NCBI RefSeq assembly: GCF_000372725.1
Contig: NW_005201551.1
Span: 29,544 to 91,331, forward strand
Length of the DNA stretch: 61,788 nucleotides
Reading direction: 5' to 3'
DNA from: Emiliania huxleyi CCMP1516
Taxonomy: Eukaryota
The notes under the pieces were generated by a model. It saw only the letters and a list, made by a program, of their open reading frames with translations, was not told the origin of the DNA and made no database searches. The translations under genes were made by a program, and so were the position numbers. Positions 23,101 to 33,360 of this stretch are shown here, piece after piece (position 1 is the first letter of the stretch; every line of letters begins with the position of its first letter).

Positions 23101-23460
23101 CTCGGCCTCGCGCTGGGCGGGGCAGGCTCGAGGGCAGGAGGCCCCTCCTCGCGCGCACGCGGCGACGCTGACGCCGGGAGGGCCGCGTCCGACAAATCTC
23201 TGCCGTGCGTGCAGTGGGCGGAGGCGGGCGAGTGCAAGCGGAACCCGGACTACATGATAGTGCATTGCGCCGCCGCGTGCAGGGTCGCCAATCGGGCTCG
23301 GAGGGCAGGAGGCCCCTCCTCGCGCGCACGCGGCGACCGCGCTAGGGCCGCGTCCGACAAATCTCTGCCGTGCGTGCAGTGGGCGGAGGCGGGCGAGTGC
23401 AAGCGGAACCCGGACTACATGATAGTGCATTGCGCCGCCGCGTGCAGGGCGGCGCAGTGA
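20158..23460 (+). CDS. OPR (38-aa repeat) protein with RAP domain, acidic/basic linker, TM helix and two ShK-like domains; intronless, 1100 aa
   Basis: 14 full 114-bp repeats at 20500-22095 (F.PQ.(L/M/I).(N/T/I/M)TVWAYA.AG...) plus a terminal repeat. RAP motif YSLDLAL...VAIEVDGPSHF...LKRRLL...GWRVISVPFDEW at ~22450-22670. Hydrophobic WTVLVSLLLLPLLAVVA. Two copies of CVQWAEAGECKRNPDYMIVHCAAAC. Confidence 0.92.
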   Translation: MEERDAQRLSGLISHDSGWSPDELLRLFAAHSTSINHRHAANLWNKLGKKRVERRHEEQLERLVQRTLELLPFCDARNLANIAHGAAKCRLPASVVSSLFAAIAEAAVRKGFAGFKPQELANTVWAYAKAGVAADALYSAAAAEAAARGLAGFTPQNLSNTVWAYARAGVTADKLFAAVEEAAVRSELAGFDPQALSTTVWAYATAGVAAETLYAAVAEAAVRGGLAGFNPQALSITVWAYATAGVTADKLFAAVAEAAVRGGLAGFNPQNLSNTVWAYATAGVAAEALYAAVAEAAVRGGLAGFNPQNLAMTVGAYAKAGVAADALFAAVAETAVRSRLAGFKPQDISNTVGAFAKAGVAAEALYAAVAEAAVRGGLAGFKPQELSITVWAYATAGVAAEALYAAVAAAAIRGGPAGFNPQDMSTTVWAYAKAGVAADALFAAVAEAAVRGGLAGFNPQALSITVWAYATAGVTADKLFAAVAEAAVRGGLAGFNPQNLSNTVWAYATAGVAAEALYAAVAEAAVRGGLAGFNPQDMSNTVWAYATAGVAAETLYAAVAEAAVRGGLAGFNPQDMSNTVWAYATAGVAAETLYAAVAEAAVRGGLAGFTPQDMSNTVWAYATAGVAADTLFAAVAEAAVRGGLAGFSPQNLANTVWAYATAGHYDQALLAECSRVIEVSLARDPSMWSEEERSQLHQWQLWLSLERGADAQQHLMISESQRKLCRDAMQCTQAIISRFQRSVAAALAAVWGPGFEEEYLEPRTGYSLDLALPSSRVAIEVDGPSHFLLPDGRGERKPNGPTLLKRRLLAAAGWRVISVPFDEWDGLRSASARQAYLERVVVLPEIEESEVADGAAGGSAVESAAVRVGTAAGNQAAKAVEAAAQAAARAEAEAEVGAEAEAEAEAEVEAEAEAEAEAEAEERRKRKRSVRRRERRKRRPSVVVEEEEEEAAPAARGSSLSWTVLVSLLLLPLLAVVAKQGLGLALGGAGSRAGGPSSRARGDADAGRAASDKSLPCVQWAEAGECKRNPDYMIVHCAAACRVANRARRAGGPSSRARGDRARAASDKSLPCVQWAEAGECKRNPDYMIVHCAAACRAAQ

Positions 23461-24604
23461 CGCGGTCATGGGCGCGTTTGAAGCACAGAGGCCGCAGTCT
23501 CCGGCTCCGCAGGACCACGAGCAGGCGCACATCGATGCCCTCGCGGGCGACGCGGCCTGTAGGTAAGGTAACGGTACGGCTTCTCGGTGGTAGGTAAACT
23601 TCTCGGAGTTCTCGTCCACACACCTGACACACGAGGTGGCTGGTTGCTGGCAGACTTGTTGCAAAAAGTCTGGCTATCTACTCAAAAAAAGTGACGTAGA
23701 GCACCCACTTTTTAAGCGTTCGGGGAACACACAAGTTCCGCCTGCGTGCGCCGCCAGCTTCTCAGGGCCATCGCGCGAAAAACGACGGAGGAGATGCATC
23801 CTAGCTGTCGCGTGTCGCCACCGAAGGCGACTCGACGTCGCTGAGATCGGAGATCAAGCTCTGACAGGTCACACGTCGCTCCTTTGACGCCGACGTGACT
23901 CACCCGTGCAAAGCGCATCAGGACACGGTCTCGACGCGCTCGGTACGACGCCTGCGACCCGTCTCGGGTCACGACGCTCATCGCGCCTGCCAGCGCTGTT
24001 GTGCAGGCTGCCACGACGAGGTCGAGCACGCTTCTACACGCTCGCCCAGCCTTCCTTTCCATCCCATTAGGCAGCCTGGGAACGGTGGCGGTCAGAGGCA
24101 AAGCCTACGAAGGGTGGTGGAACCACATGTCACGGCCACCGCCGGCTCGACGCGACGATAGCCTCCGAAGGCTGACTTTGAGGCACCATCATCGGACGAT
24201 GTCGACGAGTTGGGTCGCTCTCGCGGTAGCCAGGTAGCCCCCCATACTAGTAGCACCAGCCATGGCCTCAGGGAGCGCGGGAGAGGGCGCTGGGAGCAAC
24301 ACGGACAAAAAAACATCAAAAGTGGTCATGTTCACACCACCCGTATTTGCAACTAGTCGGCAGCCTGCTGGTGGGGGCAGTGCCAGTGGGGCAAGGCCGC
24401 AAGGGGGGGCGACCCTCGCGTCTCCACGTCCTGGAGCACCTGGAGTGCAGACTGCAGTTGGCAGCCTCACACCCAGGGCTGGGGAGCTAAGAAGCTCACC
24501 CAGCGGGGCCGGATGATCGGTATATGGGTATCGGTTGCGCTTGCGGGCTCAAGAGAGCCCTTGCTAGCTATAGCCCTGGGGAGTGCGCGGTCGCAGGGCC
24601 ATTT

Positions 24605-24834
24605 AACACGGGTCTCCGAGGGTTAGCCCGCGCTCTGGGTTTCCCCTAGCAGCGAACGCCCCCTCTACTCGGTCTCCGAGGGTTGGTTCTGCGCTGCCGG
24701 GTGTTTCCCCTTTAGCTGCAGAGCGCACCCTCTACTCGGAGCTAGTAAAATACGAGAATACTCTGCTCCGAGGGTTGGCCCCGCGTACCAGGTCTCCCCT
24801 TAACTGCAGGACGCCCCCTCTACTCGGGAGCTAG
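24605..24834. repeat. Array of three ~60-68 bp hairpin-capable units (CTCCGAG...CTCTACTCGG)
   Basis: Units start at 24614, 24674 and 24766. A reverse-complement two-unit copy lies at 54837-55008. Confidence 0.75.
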
Positions 24835-24837
24835 CGA

Positions 24838-25093
24838 TGAGGGAGGGTGTAGAGGATGTAGAGTGTAGAGCGCTGTGTAGAACTGTAGAGCGCTGTAGAG
24901 CGCTGTAGAGCGCTGTAGAGCGCTGTAGAGCGCTGTAGAGCGCTGTAGAGCGCTGTAGAGCGCTGTAGAGCGCTGTAGAGCGCTGTAGAGCGCTGTAGAG
25001 CGCTGTAGAGCGCTGTAGAGCGCTGTAGAGCGCTGTAGAGCGCTGTAGAGCGCTGTAGAGCGCTGTAGAGCGCTGTAGAGCGCTGTAGAGCTG
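24838..25093. repeat. Short interspersed element with expanded (CGCTGTAGAG)20 minisatellite
   Basis: Head TGAGGGAGGGTGTAGAGGATGTAGAGTGTAGAG followed by 20 perfect 10-mers at 24891-25090. The same head with 1-2 units occurs at 57534-57585. Confidence 0.9.
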
Positions 25094-25718
25094 AAAGTTC
25101 CATGGAGTTGATTAGCTAGGAAGGTGAAGAACAGCTAACTAGCTGTATATAGTCGCGCGCGATCTGCCGGCGTGCGTATGAGCTCACTAGCTAGAGCTCA
25201 CACTAGAGGTAGGTATAGGTAGAAAGGTGAAGAACATACTCGCTGCCTCGAGGGCGGGGGCGGGGCGGGGGTCGCGGTCGGGAAGATCACTCCTCGATAG
25301 CGGCCTCTGCCCTCCCCCCCAACGGGAGGAGGGGAAGACGTCGGGCAGCTCTCACTTCAGTGATGAGCGCTTGGCTGAGGCCCCTCCCCGAAAGGCAAGT
25401 ATTAGCCACAAGAAACCGAGACCCCTCCCCACCGCCCCGATCCCCCCACCCCCTTGCTCCCCTCCCCCCCCTCGGGAGGGCCGAACTGAGGCGCCCGTGG
25501 GGACCCCACAATTCCCTTCCCCCCTCGGAGGGGGCCGGACGGAGGCGTACCCCGTGGGCCCCGCTCTTTCCCTCGCATAGCGGCCACTCTTCGGATCGCT
25601 GGTCGAGCGACCCGGGGGATGCCCCGCGCGCCTGACCCAGGCGCGAGAAACGAATCTGCGAGGCGTGGCCGCTTATGCGGCCCGATGGGGAGGAACGGGG
25701 CGAGCCCCCTCCAACCCA

Positions 25719-25906
25719 CCCGCGCTAGGTCTCGGGGGACGAAGGGGTCACACCCGACGACCTCGGGAACTAGCCGGGGCAGTCGGAGAAGTGGCAACTC
25801 CGTGCACTGACGGTCGGCCGTCAGAAAACACGCCTCCGTGGCTCGGGTTACACCAATCCTCGCTACCCAACGCGGCCAAAGGATATCCACCTCGAGAACC
25901 TCGAGA
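25719..25906 (+). mobile_element. ~185-bp structured interspersed element, copy 2
   Basis: Near-identical to 19924-20111. Ends ~100 bp upstream of ATG 26007. No TSD found. Confidence 0.85.
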
Positions 25907-26006
25907 GAGGCACTAACACAACTGTGAAGAGAACAGCTCGAACCCAGGTCGACTCAGGGTGGCGTGGCGTTCAGATCGCAAACGCGCCCACCCCGCCTCG
26001 CCGGCC

Positions 26007-26376
26007 ATGTTCGCGCTCATCGCCTCACTGCCGCTTGCCGCGCAGCCTCGCACCTGCTGGGAGATGAAGCCCGGCTACAATGCCATCTCGCGCCTCGTGG
26101 CGGCGCCCGGCAAAGAGCGGCGGCCCGACATCTTCTTTTTCGGAGAGACGGGCTCGGCGGACGCCTGCCGCGGCGCGTGCGAGGCGGAGGGGCCGGGCTG
26201 CGCCGCATTCGCCTGGATGGGCCCCGGCAAGCGCGGCGTCTTCGGAGGCGCCGACAAGTGGGCGCGTGGGTGCTACGGCCGCGGCGCCTCCACGCGAACC
26301 ATGGTGCCAGACAAGGAGCGCGTGAGCGGCGTCAAGGTGCCGTGCGACCAGCTCGCCGACGGCGACGCGGCCGCCG

Positions 26377-26425
<49 letters not shown>

Positions 26426-29353
26426 GTATCAGGAGCAGCAGCAGCGCCAGCAGCCGCAGCAGCAGCGCCAGCAGCAGCAGCCTGGAGGTGCGGCGCGGGG
26501 GCCTGGAGGCGGCGGCGGCGAGGCGAGGCCGGTGTACGGGCTCGAGGCGCTGCTCGGCGACGTCGACCCCGACTCGGTCCAGCAGCAGCCGCGGTATGCC
26601 ACCGAGTCCGGAGCTCAGGCCGCGGCTGGCGGCGGGGCACAGGCAACTGCGACGTCGGCGGGGAGGGCGTCGGGAGGAGGAGGAGGCGTTGGCGGCGGCG
26701 CGACGGGCGGCAGGCAGGAGGACATGCAGGCGCTGCTCGAGCAGCTGTACGGCAAAAAGGCCGGCGGCGCGGCCGCGGGTGGCAGTGCGGCTGGCGGCGC
26801 AGCAGCTGGCAAGGCGGCGGCGGGCGCGGCGGGGGCAGAGTCAGACGCCGATTTGATGGAGCTGCTGTACGGCAAGAAGAAGACGGCGGCCGCGGCGGCG
26901 GCGGGGGCAGCTACTTCGGGCGCGGCGGGCGGCGGCGGCGCAACGCAGGCCGCGACGGCTGGCGGCAAGCAGGACGAGATGCAAGCGCTGCTCGAGCAGC
27001 TGTACGGCAAAAAGGCGGCCGGCGGCGCGGCGGCGGCAGCTGGTGGCGGCGCGGCTGGCGGCGCGACGGCGAAGAAGGCGACGGAGGCGGACGCGCAGGC
27101 GGCTGTCGACGCCGCGCAAACCGCAGGCACGCGTGCCAAGCCCCGCCGTTTGCAAGCCCGTGTCACGAACCCTTGTCAGCGGCTCCGGGTGCCGCGCCTG
27201 TCGCCGGCGCCAGCGCCGACGCCGATACCGACTCCCGTGCCGGTGGGCTCGGGCGGGCCCGCAGTGTCAGCTGCCGAGCCAGCCGCGCGGCGCTCGCCCT
27301 CCCTCGGGAGTGCGCCCACACCGATTCGAACACGAGCGCAGCACACGGCAGTTTTGGCCACCGGTCCCTCGCAAGCTGTCCTCGCCGCCGGCCTCACTTC
27401 CCCCACCCCTCTCCCCAGCTCTTGCCCAGCCCTGCGCCCTTCGCCCCCTCCCGGCAGGCGTGCCGCTCAAGACCATCAACGCCGTCGTCGACCAAGTCAA
27501 CAGCGGCAAGATGACCTTCGACGATTGCGTCGCCAAGCTGAGCAGCCTCGTGGCGGCGCAGAAAGGCCCCCGCTCCCTCCCCCCCTGCCGCCACCACCAC
27601 CCCGCCGCCTCCACACCCCACGCCTCCTTTGCCCCCCCTTCCCGCCCCACCCCCCGCGCCTCGCCACGCGCTCCTCCACCCCCGCCGTGCCCTCCGCACT
27701 CCCCTCCCCACACACCCTCACCCGCAGACGCAATGCACGCCAGGTGCTGCAGCCACCGCCGCGGCGGGAGCTGCCGGGGGCGCCGCCGCCGCTGCCACAG
27801 GTGCGCTGCCGCCCCCCTCCCCCCCTTCCCTTCACCCGCTCCCACAGCCGCTTCGCACCGCCGCTTCCTCCGCACTCTAGGCGCGACGGCGGGCGGCAGG
27901 CAGGAGGACATGCAAGCGCTGCTCGAGCAGCTGTACGGCAAAAAGGCGGGCGGCGGCGCGGCGGCGGCCGCCGGTGGCGGCGCGGGCGGCGGCGCGGGCG
28001 GCGGCGCGGCGGCGGGCGGCGGCGCGGCGGAGCCTGACTTGATGGAGCTCTTGTACGGCAAGACGAAGACGGCGGCGGCGGCGGGGCAGGCGGCGGCGGG
28101 CGCGGCGGCGGCAGAGTCAGACGCCGATTTGATGGAGCTGCTGTACGGCAAGAAGAAGCCGGCGGCCGCGGCGGCGGGTGGGGCAGCCGCTTCGGGCGCG
28201 ACAGGCGGCGGCGGCGCAACGCAGGCCGCGACGGCTGGCGGCAAGCAGGACGAGATGCAAGCGCTGCTCGAGCAGCTGTACGGCAAAAAGGCGGCCGGCG
28301 GCGCGGCGGCGGCAGCTGGTGGCGGCGCGAGCGGCGACGCGGCCGGCGGTGCGGCGGCGGGCGGCGGCGCGGCGGAGCCTGACTTGATGGAGCTCTTGTA
28401 CGGCAAGAAGAAGACGGCGGCGGCGGCGGCGGGGCAGGCGGCAGCGGGGCAGGCGGCGGCGGGCGCGGCGGGGGCAGAGTCGGATGCAGGTTTGACGCAG
28501 GGTGCGGCGGCCGCCGCACAGCAGCAAGCGGCGCAAGCGGCGCAGCAGCAGCGCGGCTTCGCACGCGGTGAGTCTGTTGTCAGCCGCCGCCAGGCCGCCG
28601 CCGCCACGGCTGCCGCTTCTGAGCCGGTCGCGGGTGGCAGTGCGGCTGGCGGCGCAGCGGCCGGCAAGGCGGCGGCGGGGGCGGCGGGGGCAGAGTCAGA
28701 CGCCGATTTGATGGAGCTGCTGTACGGCAAGAAGAAGCCGGCCGCGGCGGCGGCGGCGGGCGGGGCAGCCGCGTCGGGCGCGGCGGGCGGCGGCGGCGCA
28801 GCGCAGGCCGAGGTCGTGGACGCGGCGGCGGCGCCGCGCGCGAGGCCCACGCCTCAGCGCATGCAAATGCGCGGGGCGAGAAAGCCAGGCATGGGCGAGG
28901 CTGAGGCGCCAGCCGCCGCGGCAGCTACCCCGGCCGCGGCTGCCGCCCCTGCCGCCGCCGTCCCCGTTGCCGCCGCCGGTGATCGGGTTGCATATTCCGT
29001 CGACGCTGCGGCGCGCAGCGCACCGGCTTCCGAGTACCCCCAAGCGGCCGCCGCAGAGGCGCGACTCGCGGCGCTCCAGCGCGAGATGGAGGTTCGGGGG
29101 GAGGCGACGGCGGTGGGCGTCTTGAGGGGGGGAGTTCGGCACTGACGGCGCGCGCTTCCCGCCATAGGCGTTGCAGCGCGAAGTCGAGCTCAAGCAGAAG
29201 CTTGCGGAGTTGCAGGCCAAGGTCGCCGAGATGGACGCAGGGCGGGCCGCGCCGACCGCCGCCGCGGCTGCCTCGGCGCCGACGACGCGCCCAACCGCCG
29301 CGGTGCCGGTGCCGGTCACGGCGCCGTCGCCGAGCATGGACGACATGGATTAG
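26007..29353 (+). CDS. Putative secreted protein: signal peptide, PAN/apple-like Cys domain, polyQ, Gly/Ala-rich repeats with LYGKK motifs, C-terminal coiled coil (multi-exon)
   Basis: N-terminus MFALIASLPLAAQ. Cys pattern ACRGACE...CAAFAW...GCYGR. (CAG)n at 26379-26423. Nine (D/E)MQALLEQLYGKK or DLMELLYGK(K/T)K motifs. Last exon 29168-29353. Internal introns at ~27127-27880 are approximate. Confidence 0.7.
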
Positions 29354-29751
29354 CCCTAGACGCATTTTCGGCGCGTGTTTCACCGTGTTATCGATCGTCC
29401 GGTCGACACTCGTCAGGAGGCGGACCCAGCGACAGGCCACAGCGCACATGGGCGGGTCTGAGAGACGCGTGGGAGCGCCGAAGGCATTGCAGTTTGCATG
29501 ATATAGAGACGAAGAACGCAAAATTTATTGCGTCAAACGAAAGATGCAAGACCAAGTCACGGCTCGGGGACGGGGCCGGACTGCGCCTGGTGTGCATGGT
29601 GTACAGGCCACGCTCGCGCGGGGGTGTCCGGTGAGAGCAGGCTCCCATCTAAAGCCGGTTCCTGGCCGTGCCTCGCCTCTCCTCCCCGTCTCCCCACGGG
29701 CGCGCCGCGGGCCCATGGGGCGGCGGGGAGGAGGGAGCAACAGGAAGAGGC

Positions 29752-30060
29752 TCAAGCCGACGACAGCCTCGCCTCCAGTGCGCGGATCGTGGCCTGCGCG
29801 TTCGCCAGCTCCTCCGCCGTCGCCGCGAGCGCCGACTTGAGCTCGGCCGCCTCCGCGGTTCCACCGCCAGCGGGCTCGCTCGAGGGCTCGCCTGCTGCCG
29901 CCCGCGGTTCAGACGACGGCTCGCTGCTGCTGCTCACCTCCGTGCTCTCGGCGGGCGGACCGCCGCCCCCCGACGCCCACTTCTCGTCCCGCTTCTCGGC
30001 GATGCCGGCGGGGGAGACGGCGGCGTCGGAGGTGTCCCACGCATTCCACGGGCGAGACCT
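29752..30060 (-). CDS. Terminal exon of an unresolved minus-strand gene (coiled-coil end)
   Basis: After a TGCAG acceptor reads SRPWNAWDTS...AELKSALAATAEELANAQATIRALEARLSSA-stop. Parent gene unclear. Confidence 0.35.
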   Translation of the reverse strand, partial: RSRPWNAWDTSDAAVSPAGIAEKRDEKWASGGGGPPAESTEVSSSSEPSSEPRAAAGEPSSEPAGGGTAEAAELKSALAATAEELANAQATIRALEARLSSA

Positions 30061-30200
30061 GCACACACACGATGAGACGGGAGGGGGGGGGGGGGTGAGC
30101 GAGGGGGGGGGGGGAGGGGGAGGGTCCCCAAAAGGGGGGGGGGTTCTCTCTCCAAAAGAGCACACCGACCCGATGAGGGGCCCGGCACATTACTCCTAGC

Positions 30201-30680
30201 TATCGCGTGGAGACACAGGCTGCGAGACAGAGCTGCGCCAGACCTCGAGTGTGGCGAGTGCAGCCCGAATGCAGCTGAACACGCGTCCTCTCGAGTGTTG
30301 GTTGGAACGTGGGACCTCATCACTCTGCCAGGGTGTGTGGCAGCCCAGTTGGCTAGCTGTGCGTGTCTAGCCTGCGCGCCTGTGGTGTGTCGTGTCCCTC
30401 CATAGCGGGGCCGTCCCTCCGCCTCACTTGTGTCCCACTCGTACGGGTGTCGGTCTCTGGCAAGCGCTGTGCTGTTTCCGCCTCTCTACCTACACCTACC
30501 CTACCTTTCGATACAGGGGATGCGGTTCTGCCTCTCCGTCTTCTCGGTATCTAGGACTGCGAGCCGCCGCGGGACCGCGCAGCTTGCCGAGCAGCAGGCT
30601 GGCGCGCCTGCAGGAAGGCTCCGAGAAGGGTCCCGGAAGGTTCCTGGAAGGGTGCACGAGATCTGGCGCAGGCCGGGGAG
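30201..30680. repeat. Inverted duplicate of 36275-36753
   Basis: Essentially identical reverse complement. Abuts gap 30681-30780 and degrades into G-rich low-quality sequence leftwards. Confidence 0.9.
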
Positions 30681-30780
30681 NNNNNNNNNNNNNNNNNNNN
30701 NNNNNNNNNNNNNNNNNNNNNNNNNNNNNNNNNNNNNNNNNNNNNNNNNNNNNNNNNNNNNNNNNNNNNNNNNNNNNNNN

Positions 30781-32432
30781 CTCGGCGCAGCCCGGCCGTG
30801 ACCAGCGCGACGGGTTGGGGGGTGGACGAGGCTGCGTCGCGCAAGCGGTACGCGGCGGCAATGTGCTCCCCCGCGGCGATCTCGCTCTCCGTCTCGTCAA
30901 GCAAGGCGCGCAAGTCTGTGTGGATGCGGTCGTCGCGGCGGAAGGAGGAGTGCGCCGAGCCGATCCCGCCGACGGGCGCGGCGAACGAGCCGCGAGACTG
31001 CCGCCGCAGCTCGGCCGCCTTCTCCTCCGACGAGAGGCGCGCGAAGGGGCGCCGCGCCTGTGCCGAGGGAAAAGGTGAGGGGTGAGGCGAGCACACCTCA
31101 CTCCACGCGCCACGTGCACACGCGGTGGAGGGAAAGGAGCAGGGGCGCGCCTGATTGTGCGCCCTCGCCCTCGCCAGCCTCTCCGCGCGACGCCCCCCTC
31201 CCGCCTCGGGAGCCGGCAGCTCGGCCGGCTGCTCCTGCTCGGACGGCTCTGGCAGAACTGCGCCTCCTCCGCGCGCGGACTTGCCTCGCCCAGAGGTGAT
31301 GGCGAGCACGCCCCCGAGGGCGAGCGCCACGCCGGCGAGGAACTGGAGCCACTGCTGCCACGGCATGCCGCTGAACTCGCGGTACACTACCTAGAGGGCA
31401 GACTCCGCAGAGGAGGCGTGTGAGGAGGCGCGGCTGGCATGTGTTGCGGCACACGCCGAATCGCGCGAGACCCCTCCGCCGACGATGGAGGCGAGGGTGA
31501 AGGTGCAGTAGTAGACGGGCACCACCTCGGTGTTGCCAAAGATCATCATCGCCCTGTTGAGGAAGTAGGCGGACCAGATTGCGGTGGTGACAATGATGGC
31601 GAGGAGGACCCAAAAGAGGTAGTGGGCGAGGGTGAGGCGGCACGGGGGGAAGAGCTCGTCGCCGACGCAGTGCGCGCCGGCGCAGTCGCCGCCGACCGCC
31701 TGCGTGAGCATGGAGGAGAAGCCGCGCGCCGCGATGACGGTCGTCGAGGAGATCATCGAGCAGAGGAGAAGCCAGACCAGGACGCTCTTTTGGGCGTACC
31801 GAGGCTCGACGTGGACGAGGAAGAGGACGACGGCGCACCAGAGCCCAATCAGGTAGCCGTACGCCGCCGGGCGCGCGTAGTACTCGCGCTGCAGCACGAC
31901 GGCGTTGAGGTCCACCGGATCCTCCGGCACGGCGACGATGATGAGCACGACGCCGCCGACGATGGCGACCAGCCCAGCGGCATCCCGCCAGCGGAACGGC
32001 TCTTTGAGAAAGAGGACAGCGATCACCTCGTTGGCGACCACGCCCACCGACCCGACTGGAGCAACGACCGAGGCGGGCGCAAAGCCGTAGGCGAGCATGT
32101 TGCCCAGCTCGCCTCCGACATTGAGCAGGAGGCCGAGCCACCAGAGCGGCAGCTTGAGCATGCCCTTGACGGGCTTTCCGTCGGCGCCCTCGTTGCGCAT
32201 GTGCGCCGTCTTCTGCACGTTGAGCGAGACGGCGATGATCACGTCGGCGATGACTGAGAGGACCACGCCCACCATGAAGGTGCTGGTGCCCGCCTCCTCC
32301 TCGCTGAAGGGCTCGCTGCTGCTGCTGTTGGCGCCGCCGGGCGGGACGACGGCGCACGTGCCTGTGCACACCGGGAGGGAGGGGCGCTCTCGATCAGATT
32401 CTGCAGCGCCTCTCGGGCGCGTGCGGCGGCAT
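30781..32432 (-). CDS. NIPA-family magnesium transporter (multi-exon, 3' end runs into gap)
   Basis: VSLNVQK...LWWLGLLLNVGGELGNMLAYGFAPASVVAPVGSVGVVANEVIAVLFLKE, YFLNRAMMIFGNTEVVPVYYCTFT and VYREF...FLAGVALALGGVL. Start 32432 is tentative. Confidence 0.88.
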
Positions 32433-32549
32433 GGGCGCGCGCCGTTGACAGCGTCGCGCGTCATTCGTTTGAGAACGGGTGTCGCTGACGATTCTCGAGC
32501 ACTGGAAGCGCCATCACCGAAAAAACTGGCAGAGCAGGCGCAACGACGC

Positions 32550-33360
32550 CCGCCCGACTGGGTGGCATACACAGACGGGTCGGAAGACCTAGGGAAAGCA
32601 GGGTGGGCCTATACAGTACTCATCGGGGGCGACGCAATCGGCGATAGGGGCGCGTCGTTGGCGAGCGAGGGCTACGGGCCAGTTGTCACTTCGGCGGCGC
32701 ACCCAGCCTACCTCGGCGCGCGCAGGCATACCAACAACACGGCGGAAACCTGGTTTGTGGAGCTCCCGCACCTGTTCTGACAGAGACCTGGCCGTTCTGA
32801 CAGCGTTCTGACAGCGTTCTGACAGCGTTCTGACAGCGTTCTGACAACGTTCTGACAGTGTTCTGACAGCCGTTCTGACAGCTTTTTGACGGTAATTTAC
32901 AGTTAAGACTCACCATCTGGTCTGAATAGAGGAGAGCGATGTCAGTGTTGGTTACAGCAGAAAGGTTCCTTAATTCGCTCCACTACAAAAAAAGTCCGGT
33001 GGGGAACCGACATCATGGCCCCGAATGCCGTGCTCTCTAGGAAAGGTGCGGGAGCTCCACAAACCAGGTTCGGAACTAACCGCCCTAGCCGAGCTCCTCC
33101 GGGCTCTCCTGTCCTCGTCACCGCAACGAGCGGGCTCACGCGGAGTAGTGCGGACCGACAGCGAGTACGCGGCGGCGTGCATGATGGGGAGGGTGACCCC
33201 CAAAACGAACAGACAGCTAGCGGAGCGCCTTCGTTCCCTCTGGCGACGCCTTCGCGCCAAACACACCGTGACGTGGAGGCATGTGGCGGGTCACAGCGGC
33301 AACAAATGGAACGACTACGTCGACGAGCTAGCTGCTCGCGGCAGGCAAGGTGACAGAGGC
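32550..33360 (+). pseudogene. RNase HI domain interrupted by a MITE (probably retroelement-derived)
   Basis: WVAYTDGS...AGW...TNNTAE|LTALAELL...VRTDSEY...WRHVAGHSGNKWNDYVDELA. All D-E-D-D catalytic motifs are present once the insertion is removed. Confidence 0.85.
32747..33070. mobile_element. 324-bp MITE, 27-bp perfect TIRs, 4-bp TSD CGGA
   Basis: AACCTGGTTTGTGGAGCTCCCGCACCT ... AGGTGCGGGAGCTCCACAAACCAGGTT. CGGA at 32743-32746 and 33071-33074. Internal (GTTCTGACAGC)n. Confidence 0.92.
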
